The translations under genes and the position numbers were made by a program. The notes below the pieces were generated by a model. It was not told the DNA's origin. It worked only from the letters and a program-made list of their open reading frames with translations, and searched no databases. From assembly GCA_963702205.1 (NCBI GenBank), contig OY969724.1, positions 864,001 to 928,000 on the forward strand: 64,000 nucleotides of DNA, in the 5' to 3' direction. This DNA comes from an uncultured candidate division Zixibacteria bacterium (GTDB taxonomy: Bacteria > Zixibacteria > MSB-5A5 > GN15 > PGXB01). Numbering within the stretch: position 1 is the stretch's first letter; every line of letters begins with the position of its first letter. Below are positions 56,423 through 64,000 of the stretch, piece after piece.

Positions 56423-56750
56423 TCCGGTCCTCTAATATGAAATAGCGTTATTTCAAAATAGAATATATTGCAATTTGGTCAAGATGGTAGTTAAATTTTG
56501 ATAAAAATATTCGTCCGCTATTTTGTTGTCTCTAAGGTGGTTAATTTTGTCGACAAAATCGTCGTAATATTATGATATTACTTGTGTTATATTTTGGCGT
56601 GCGTGCCGGTAAAATTAGCGGCTTTGTCGGATAATCATGATTTGTGAAAAATGTTGCAAGTAAAATTGCAGCTGGAGGCGTTAATTGACAGCCTGAATTT
56701 ATCCATGAGAATGCAAAAGCGCGTAAGGTTGGGAAAATACCGCCGGGCAT

Positions 56751-56786
56751 AAAAAAACCGGACGGTGATCAAATACACCGGTCCGG
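56751..56786 (-). terminator. Rho-independent terminator
   Basis: CCGGACGGTG/CACCGGTCCGG stem with A7 run on +. Confidence 0.6.
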
Positions 56787-56806
56787 CTTATGAATTTTAT
56801 TGAGAC

Positions 56807-57256
56807 TTATTTCATGATTTCGCTGTTTGTCGACATTCTGGAAGGTTCCTCCTCCGCCCTGATGTCGCGCGGCGTGTCCATGAGCATTTCCCGAATTCTC
56901 TTTTCGTTGAATCCGATGGTCGAAAGTCGGCCGATGACAATAATCGGCAGTCTTAAAAGAAGATTGTCCTGCTCTATCAGACCTAATATTTCGTCGCGAC
57001 TGAGAGCGGCCGTATCAAGTTTATGCTTCTTATACAGCTTATGATTCGAGTCGAGGAAATGTCTAAGATCGTAATAGCAGATCAATTTGCTGATCTGCGC
57101 GGCGATAAGCGGTTTGTTTTTTACATCGTGCGCTTTAAGGACAACATCGAGATTTTCGAAAAATTCAATATGGGCCTTTGAATTCGGATCATCAGGGTTA
57201 TAATAGACAATGATCTTCTTGATCAAGCCACGCGTTGCTCTGTAAAAGTCCATCAA
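56807..57256 (-). CDS. ArsC/Spx-like protein lacking CxxC
   Basis: LSRDEILGLIEQDNLLLRLPII..IGFNE. Confidence 0.6.
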   Translation of the reverse strand: MMDFYRATRGLIKKIIVYYNPDDPNSKAHIEFFENLDVVLKAHDVKNKPLIAAQISKLICYYDLRHFLDSNHKLYKKHKLDTAALSRDEILGLIEQDNLLLRLPIIVIGRLSTIGFNEKRIREMLMDTPRDIRAEEEPSRMSTNSEIMK

Positions 57257-57533
57257 AATGTCACCTGTTCAGTTTCAGTTCTTTTGTTAGCCAGCATCCT
57301 TATTTCTACTTTGCCCCCGATTAATTAAATCATGCACGAGATACAGCTTTAAGCCTTCGTGCCTTGGAAGGTCTTGCGATCGTTCATCCAATATATATAA
57401 CACATGAGTCTCGTCAATAGTTCAGTATCGAATTGCGAATTTTTTTTGATCTGACCGCCTGTTGTTGATCAGTCGTTTTCATAATTCATCGGCGGTCAAA
57501 TCAATTTCGGCATTTTCGCCAGGCTTTCCGGCG

Positions 57534-58088
57534 TTACGAGTTTTCTGGCATAGTTGTCGGTTTAACGCGTGGAAAGCCAATCGGTGTTTGCGATATCTCG
57601 GTGAAATAATTGGCGAAAATGCTCAAAACCACATGTCCTACAATCTCCAAAATTTCTTCGTCACTATAATCCGCGGTGCGCAGGGTCTTTATCTGTTCGT
57701 CTTTCACACGCCCCCTCCTGAGCGTTACCGAGCGCGCAAAATCAAGGGCGGCTGCGAGTTTACGATCGTGGCTGGTTGCTTCACGGCTATCGTTTATTTC
57801 CAGTTCGCTTATTCCAGCGAGCTTGGCCAGGGCGATCCCGGCCGACAAGCAGTATTCACTGGCGTTAACTTCCGATACCGTTATAGGTATCAGGGCCTGA
57901 AGTTTCGCGTTTAGCCGGCCTTTGGATAGAGCATCCCGGAAACAATAGAATGACCGCAAAATCACCGGCGACAGGGCCATTTCCTTGATCATGTTGGGAG
58001 TAATGCCCATTTTAGAGTCGATCAGTTCAATAAGTCTTTTGGTTTCCTCGGTCATTTCATCCGGGCCTGTTAAACGAAATCTTGTCAT
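57534..58088 (-). CDS. Carboxymuconolactone decarboxylase/AhpD family protein
   Basis: PNMIKEMALSP, VSEVNASEYCLSA, AALDFA, YSDEEILEIV. Confidence 0.85.
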   Translation of the reverse strand: MTRFRLTGPDEMTEETKRLIELIDSKMGITPNMIKEMALSPVILRSFYCFRDALSKGRLNAKLQALIPITVSEVNASEYCLSAGIALAKLAGISELEINDSREATSHDRKLAAALDFARSVTLRRGRVKDEQIKTLRTADYSDEEILEIVGHVVLSIFANYFTEISQTPIGFPRVKPTTMPENS

Positions 58089-58156
58089 TCCAGCGCCGCC
58101 CTGCATGCATTTAACGTTAATGTATCAATTCATCTTTGTATAGCCCGATAAAGTAA

Positions 58157-58173
58157 AGCATGGTTTGTGCCAA
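58157..58173 (-). promoter_or_regulatory. Sigma54 promoter of AhpD-like gene
   Basis: TTGGCACAAACCATGCT (GG-N10-GC). Confidence 0.75.
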
Positions 58174-58236
58174 TTTTTGTCGTAATGTTAATAGCATGTC
58201 AGACAAGGTGATACAAGTAAGCGGCGGCTGAACCTA

Positions 58237-58291
58237 CACGAGATTGGTTGTAATATTCAATTTTTTGGTGGCGTTTTCACGAGATTTCGTG
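58237..58291. promoter_or_regulatory. Putative upstream activator sites
   Basis: CACGAGATTTCGTG palindrome at 58278 and CACGAGATTGGTTG at 58237. Confidence 0.5.
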
Positions 58292-58431
58292 TACATTATT
58301 TGCAGCAAAGCTTCGGTTTTAATCTGGATTGTGGTCATCAAAAGCCTCTGGGATATTTGAATTATGTGTCGCTCATACTTGTGAGTATAAATAAGTACGG
58401 GCTGTTGATACGGGTTAAAAGCCTGGATTGA

Positions 58432-60699
58432 GTGATGAAAGAAAAAGGTTTCGATTTCGAGGCTGCTCTTCTTGCGGCGGCGGGAAATAATCCGCAGGAA
58501 CTGGCCCGGTTCTATGGCCAGATCTTTGACGCTATTCCCGATATAATCGGAGTTCTTGACGTCGACCGGTCCGTTATCCGTTACAATAAAGCCGGCTACG
58601 AATTCTTCGAAAAAAATCGTGACAGTGTAACCAGTGAAAAGTGCTTCGAGTTTATAGGACGAGATGCACCGTGCGAAGTCTGCGCGTCCAATGAAGTCGT
58701 ACAAACTCAAAAGCCGGTACATCTGGAGAAGTACTTCGAACAACTCGAGGTTTGGTTCGATATTCGCGCCTACCCGCTGTTCGATCAATCGGGAAAGCTG
58801 GTCAGGATAATAGAGCATCTGAGAGATATAACCGCTCAGAAAAAGGCACAAATCGACCTGAAGAACGAAAGTACCTTTCGTAACGCGGTTATCAAAAGCG
58901 GTACCGAAGGCTTATGCGTTTGTCATAATATCCCCGAGTACCCAAACGTTCGCTTCACGGTCTGGAACGATCGCATGACGGAAATCACGGGATATGACAT
59001 GGAACAGATCAACCAATCCGGCTGGTATCAGACGGTTTATCCCGATCCGGAAGTAAGAGAGCGGGCCATAAAGCGCATGTCCGAAATGCGCCTCGGCGAC
59101 GACCTCATAAGTGAAGAATGGGTAATCCGAAGGGCCGACGGGCAGGACCGCACGATATTGATTTCGACGTCCATACTCGACCAAAGCAACGGTGAAACGC
59201 ATGTCATCGCGACCATGCTTGACATAACCGACCGAAAGATGGCGGAGAAGGCGGTGCAAGAACGGGAGGCGAAGCTGAGAAGCATTTTCCGGGCGGCGCC
59301 CGTCGGTATCGGATTGGTTGCCAACCGAATTCTTCTCGATGCCAACGACCGTATATGCGAAATTACCGGGTATTCACGCGATGAACTGATCGGGCAAAAT
59401 TCCCTTGTATTGTACCCCACCAAAGAAGAATTCGATATGGTCGGTAAAGATAAGTACGATCAAATCGCGAAGTACGGCACGGGTACAGTCGAGACGCGCT
59501 GGAAAAGAAAGGACGGAAAAATAATCGACGTCCTGTTGAGTTCGACACCGCTCGATCAGAACGACCTCGTTGCGGGGGTGACTTATACCGCCATGGACAT
59601 CTCGGACCGAAAGACGGCCGAAAACAACCTGCGACAGGCCCTCAATGAAGTGCAGAGCCTCAAAAACCGTCTGCAGGCGGAAAATATATATCTTCAGGAG
59701 GAAATCAAACAGGAACAAAACCTCGAGTTCATTATTGGCCAGTCCGAGGCGCTGAAGACAATATATGAACTGATCAAACAAGTCTCTGCGACCGACGCCT
59801 CGGTTCTGATCCAGGGAGAGACGGGGACCGGCAAAGAGCTTATTGCGCGAGCCATACACGAACAAAGTCCGCGCCGCGACCGGCCCATAATAAAGGTTAA
59901 CTGCGCTTCGATACCGCGCGAGCTTTTCGAAAGCGAGTTTTTCGGGCATGTTAAAGGGGCCTTTACCGGAGCTATCAGGGATCGTGTCGGTCGCTTTCAA
60001 CTGGCCGACGGCGGCACGCTCTTCCTCGACGAGGTCGGCGAGATTCCGTCGGAACTTCAGAGCAAGCTCCTGCGGGTTTTGCAGGAAGGTGAGTTTGAGC
60101 GCGTTGGCGAGGACAAGACTAACCGGGTCGACGTGCGCATTATTGCGTCGACCAACCGCCATCTCGAACAGGAGATTGTTACCGGACATTTTCGGCAGGA
60201 TTTGTATTTCCGGTTGAGTGTCTTTCCGATCGAAGTGCCGCCGCTGAGGGAAAGGCCGGAAGACATTCCGCCGATAGCCGAGTTTTATCTTAAGCGGGCG
60301 TACCGGCGGCTGGGCGTTCCTGAAGAAGAACTTACCGAAGAAAATATTCTTCAATTGCAGGAGTACTGGTGGCCCGGAAACGTGCGGGAGCTGCAAAACA
60401 TTATCGACCGGGCCGTAATCATATCCCGCGATGAACCGTTGCAGTTTCATTTCCCAAACATCGAGAGGGGAGTCGTGAACAATGATATTACGAAAACCGC
60501 CAGAGCATTAAAAAAGCGTGATAAGCTGCTAACCCAGGACCAGCTTCGGCAGGTGGAAATCGAAAGCATTGTCGAGGCTCTTGAGAAAACCGGCTGGAAA
60601 GTCTATGGCAAGAATGGGGCCGCCGCGCTGCTGGGTATGAAGCCGTCGACACTGGCTTCGAGAATAAAAGCTCTGGGGATTAAATCTCCTGACAAATAA
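58432..60699 (+). CDS. Sigma54 activator with three PAS domains
   Basis: PAS/PAC repeats; [32 protein letters not shown]. Confidence 0.92.
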   Translation: MMKEKGFDFEAALLAAAGNNPQELARFYGQIFDAIPDIIGVLDVDRSVIRYNKAGYEFFEKNRDSVTSEKCFEFIGRDAPCEVCASNEVVQTQKPVHLEKYFEQLEVWFDIRAYPLFDQSGKLVRIIEHLRDITAQKKAQIDLKNESTFRNAVIKSGTEGLCVCHNIPEYPNVRFTVWNDRMTEITGYDMEQINQSGWYQTVYPDPEVRERAIKRMSEMRLGDDLISEEWVIRRADGQDRTILISTSILDQSNGETHVIATMLDITDRKMAEKAVQEREAKLRSIFRAAPVGIGLVANRILLDANDRICEITGYSRDELIGQNSLVLYPTKEEFDMVGKDKYDQIAKYGTGTVETRWKRKDGKIIDVLLSSTPLDQNDLVAGVTYTAMDISDRKTAENNLRQALNEVQSLKNRLQAENIYLQEEIKQEQNLEFIIGQSEALKTIYELIKQVSATDASVLIQGETGTGKELIARAIHEQSPRRDRPIIKVNCASIPRELFESEFFGHVKGAFTGAIRDRVGRFQLADGGTLFLDEVGEIPSELQSKLLRVLQEGEFERVGEDKTNRVDVRIIASTNRHLEQEIVTGHFRQDLYFRLSVFPIEVPPLRERPEDIPPIAEFYLKRAYRRLGVPEEELTEENILQLQEYWWPGNVRELQNIIDRAVIISRDEPLQFHFPNIERGVVNNDITKTARALKKRDKLLTQDQLRQVEIESIVEALEKTGWKVYGKNGAAALLGMKPSTLASRIKALGIKSPDK

Positions 60700-60707
60700 T
60701 CCTTGAA

Positions 60708-61604
60708 CTATTCTGTATATTTCTTCAAGGCGCGTTTCAAATCGGTATCGATGAAAATATAACCGGCGTCGTTGAGTACTTTTGGCACGGCCCTTATGCT
60801 TGATAACAGCGTTTCTTCGGCCATTTCACCGTACTTCAGGCGCAGTACAAAAGCCGGAATGACCGCTATGGAGGGGCGTTTCAAAACTTCAGCCAGCGCC
60901 TTGGTGAATTCCCGGTTGGTGGCGGGTAAGGGTGCAACGACGTTGACCGGGCCGCTTATTTTCTCATTTTCCAGGACGAATTTGATGACGCCCACGACGT
61001 CATCGAGGCCGATCCAGCTTAAGTACTGCTGACCGTCGCCGATTCTTCCGCCCAGGCCCAGCTTGAAATATTTAATCATGCGCGGCAGGGCGCCTCCGTC
61101 AGGTGACAGCACTACTCCGATACGCAGGCGCACCGCTCTTATATCGGTTTGCTCCAATGTCTCCGAAGCCTTCTCCCATTGGCGCGTCAGCTCAGCCAAA
61201 AAACCGGTGCCGCAATCGCCTTGCTCGGTGAGCTCTTCGTCGCCCCGGCTGCCATAATAACCTATCGCCGACGCCATAATAAACACGCGGGGCGGGTTTT
61301 TCAGCTGCATCAGGCGGCTGCATAAAAGCCGGGTGCTGTGGACGCGGCTATCCACGAACTTCTTCTTGTTTTCTTCGGTCCATTTGGAGTCCGCCACGTT
61401 TTCTCCGGACAGGTGTATGAAAGCGTCGAAACCTTCCATCGCGACGGCGTCGAGCACGCCCGTCTCGGGATTCCAGGCGATCGTGCCGGCACCGACCGGC
61501 CCGCCGGGCCGCACCAGTTTCGTAATGTTATGACCATCGGCCAGAAGTCCTTTGGTCAGGGCCGATCCGAGCAGGCCCGATGATCCGGAAATGACGATTT
61601 TCAA
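60708..61604 (-). CDS. TIGR01777/YfcH family NAD-dependent epimerase
   Basis: SGSSGLLG, ASAIGYYG, RIGVVL, GDGQQYLSWI. Confidence 0.9.
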   Translation of the reverse strand: MKIVISGSSGLLGSALTKGLLADGHNITKLVRPGGPVGAGTIAWNPETGVLDAVAMEGFDAFIHLSGENVADSKWTEENKKKFVDSRVHSTRLLCSRLMQLKNPPRVFIMASAIGYYGSRGDEELTEQGDCGTGFLAELTRQWEKASETLEQTDIRAVRLRIGVVLSPDGGALPRMIKYFKLGLGGRIGDGQQYLSWIGLDDVVGVIKFVLENEKISGPVNVVAPLPATNREFTKALAEVLKRPSIAVIPAFVLRLKYGEMAEETLLSSIRAVPKVLNDAGYIFIDTDLKRALKKYTE

Positions 61605-61614
61605 AAGTCTGTCC

Positions 61615-62097
61615 TTATTTGGTCAGTTCTTCCAGCTTTTCTTTGACCTTTGCGGCGTGCCCGGCCGCTTTGACTGCATTCCAGGCGTGGGCGACTTTGC
61701 CTTTGGGGTCGATTAAAAACGTACTGCGGATGACCCCGGTTACTTCACGGCCGTACATCTTCTTGACGCCCCACGCTCCGTACTTTGCCATTGTCTTGTG
61801 TTCCGGATCGCTTAAGAGCGTGACTTTCAAATTGTATTTCTTTATGAACGCCCGGTGTTTTTCGGGAGTATCGGGCGATATACCGACCACGGTTGCATCG
61901 AGCTTGTCGAACGAGCGAATATTATCAGTAAATTCGCAGGCCTCGGTAGTGCAGCCGGGGGTGTCGTCTTTGGGATAAAAATAAAGAATCAGCCAGCGAC
62001 CCATATAATCGGAGAGTTTTGTTTGTTCTCCGTCCTGGTTCGGCAGTGTAAAGGCTGGAGCGGCGTTACCCGATGTTACTGTTTTGGTTTCGGTCAT
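61615..62097 (-). CDS. bcp: Thioredoxin-dependent peroxiredoxin BCP
   Basis: YFYPKDDTPGCTTEAC, GISPD, RSTFLID. Confidence 0.92.
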   Translation of the reverse strand: MTETKTVTSGNAAPAFTLPNQDGEQTKLSDYMGRWLILYFYPKDDTPGCTTEACEFTDNIRSFDKLDATVVGISPDTPEKHRAFIKKYNLKVTLLSDPEHKTMAKYGAWGVKKMYGREVTGVIRSTFLIDPKGKVAHAWNAVKAAGHAAKVKEKLEELTK

Positions 62098-62286
62098 ATC
62101 GAAATCCTTCTTTTTGACATTAGTTATTTAAATCAAATAACGCGTTAAAACAATAAATGTTCGCAAACCCGATTTGACGCAGGGAAGGTAATTAATACTC
62201 TTTTTCTCATGTTTAAAATCACCGCGTTGCGTCCATAATGAAATAAAAAAGTTGCCAGCCGCCCAATTCTTGTACATATTGGGCTA

Positions 62287-63687
62287 ATGGACTTCCCGAT
62301 GTTTTTTTTGGATTTTACCGGTAATCGTATTCTGATGGCCATTATCGGTTCACTTCACGTAATCGTCAACCATCCCTTTGCAATCGGTGCGTATCCGCTG
62401 GTAGTATTGATGGAGTGGTGGGGGCGCAGAACCGGTCGGCCCGAATGGGATCGTCTGGCCTATAAAATTACGTTCGTGCTTTTTATCGTCACGACCAGTA
62501 TCGGCGCCTTGACCGGGGTCGGGATCTGGCTGACGGCGTCTCTTATCGCGCCCTTCGGCATCGGCAGCCTCCTTAGAATATTTTTCTGGATCTGGTTTAC
62601 CGAGTGGACGATTTTTGTCAGCGAAGTAATCCTGATCTTGATTTACTTCCTGACCTGGAAACGTTGGTCACAGGGAGTTATGAAAAACGTGCATATAGCC
62701 GTGGGGGTCCTGCTGAGCGTGGTTTCCTGGTTCACGATGGTCATAATCGTGGCGATACTCGGCTTCATGATGGGCAGCGGCTCCTGGCCGGTTCATCGCA
62801 CGCTGCTAACAGCCATTGCCAACCCGATCTATATCCCTCAACTGGCTTTCCGCACTACGTTTGCTCTGGGTACGGCCGGTTTGTTCGCGTGGTTCATGAT
62901 CTTTTTCTTCACGGATAAAGGCAGCGACTTTAGAAGACAGGCGATCAGGTTCGTATCCGGCTGGATTCTGTGCTGGAGTGTTCCGTTTATTGCGTCATCG
63001 ATATGGTACTGGCAGGTAGTGCCCGTCATTATGCAGGATAACGTGAACGTCGCTCTTATGACTCTTCGCTTCGCCCAATGGTACCAAACTCTGGCCTACC
63101 TCATGGCAGCGGCCGTGGTGCTTATCATTTTGACGGCGCTGGTCGGTATGTTCCGTCCGAGATTAATTCCGGGATTCTTTTTGATTCTGCCCTTCATATT
63201 CGGGATATGGCTTTTGGGACATTTCGAACGGGTTCGCGAGTTCATCCGCAAGCCATACGTGGTCGATAATTTCATGTATTCCAACGGCGTGCTGGTGAGT
63301 AATCTGCCGGTGTTCCAGCGCGACGGAATCTTGCCGTATTGCACGTATGTCAACCATCGGACGGTAACTCCCGACAACGAAGTTGACGCCGGACGCGATG
63401 TCTTTATGGTCGCCTGCTCGCGGTGTCATACGACCGGTGGACTCAACAGCGTAGTCAGGAAATTTACGAACCTGTACGGTAAGAGTCCGCTCGATACCAA
63501 TGCGGTGCAGGGATTCATACGCACCATGCATACGACGCGGACTTTTATGCCGCCGTTTCCGGGCAATGACAAAGAACTCGGGGCGCTGGCGGCGTACATA
63601 AAGAAATTGCAGACTAATTATGAGCCGATATTCAACGCCCAGACCGACTGGACGATCAGGACCGATACGACCGGGGCCGGGCCGTGA
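62287..63687 (+). CDS. Polytopic membrane protein, cytochrome bd subunit I-like N-terminus plus C-terminal c-type cytochrome
   Basis: LHVIVNH, GALTGVGIW, EW..F..E, ERVREFIRKPY; CSRCH and distal MPPF. Confidence 0.75.
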   Translation: MDFPMFFLDFTGNRILMAIIGSLHVIVNHPFAIGAYPLVVLMEWWGRRTGRPEWDRLAYKITFVLFIVTTSIGALTGVGIWLTASLIAPFGIGSLLRIFFWIWFTEWTIFVSEVILILIYFLTWKRWSQGVMKNVHIAVGVLLSVVSWFTMVIIVAILGFMMGSGSWPVHRTLLTAIANPIYIPQLAFRTTFALGTAGLFAWFMIFFFTDKGSDFRRQAIRFVSGWILCWSVPFIASSIWYWQVVPVIMQDNVNVALMTLRFAQWYQTLAYLMAAAVVLIILTALVGMFRPRLIPGFFLILPFIFGIWLLGHFERVREFIRKPYVVDNFMYSNGVLVSNLPVFQRDGILPYCTYVNHRTVTPDNEVDAGRDVFMVACSRCHTTGGLNSVVRKFTNLYGKSPLDTNAVQGFIRTMHTTRTFMPPFPGNDKELGALAAYIKKLQTNYEPIFNAQTDWTIRTDTTGAGP

Positions 63688-64000
63688 TGATTAGGCTGAT
63701 ACTGTTTTTGCAGGCGATGCCGGTTCCCCGGGACCTGGAACTGCCGCTGCCTCTCGGCGAGTACGAACTTAAAATCATCCTGGTACTGCTCTTTCTGGTG
63801 CACATAATATTCGTGAATCTGATGCTTGGGGGGACGGCCTTTGCGGTCGTATTTGAAATAATCGGCCGTAAAATCCCCCGTTACGATACCCTTGCACGGC
63901 GTCTGGCCGATACGGTTACGGTCAACAAGAGCCTTGCAGTCGTGCTGGGCGTGGGGCCGCTATTGTGCATGAACCTGGCGTACACCATACATTTCTATTC
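63687..64000 (+). CDS. Partner membrane protein, partial (runs off right edge)
   Basis: Not in ORF track; overlapping start; MIRLILFLQAMPVPRDLELPLP...LVHIIFVNLMLGG...SLAVVLGVGPLL. Confidence 0.75.
   Translation, partial: MIRLILFLQAMPVPRDLELPLPLGEYELKIILVLLFLVHIIFVNLMLGGTAFAVVFEIIGRKIPRYDTLARRLADTVTVNKSLAVVLGVGPLLCMNLAYTIHFY

Overview
Bacterial chromosomal segment from a probable anaerobe. Several secreted proteins with C-terminal dockerin-like domains suggest a Zixibacteria-like lineage (inference). Left to right: a partial secreted fibre-like gene; an orange-protein (ORP)-type cluster (three NifB/NifX-family proteins, two ferredoxin-inserted MinD-type ATPases, DUF5320-like protein) whose PAS-sigma54 activator is frameshifted; a radical SAM/ECF/ATP-cone/LuxR block; dockerin-bearing secreted proteins next to a kinase-TPR-GAF-AAA+ regulator, a small secreted peptide and a WYL-like HTH regulator; a mevalonate operon with an HMG-CoA reductase-mevalonate kinase fusion; lipA and neighbours; a putative phosphate-starvation locus (TonB receptor, internally duplicated dockerin protein, phoB, 11-bp periodic boxes, a hidden small transcript); hypAB plus a four-domain DsrC/TusE-like protein; a speD-like/GNAT/ATP-grasp/PLP-decarboxylase/MFS operon that looks like an uncharacterised biosynthetic cluster; two more sigma54 modules; redox genes and a pair of cytochrome-like membrane proteins. 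No rRNA, tRNA, CRISPR array or transposase was seen. All calls come from motif recognition by eye; no database search was run.
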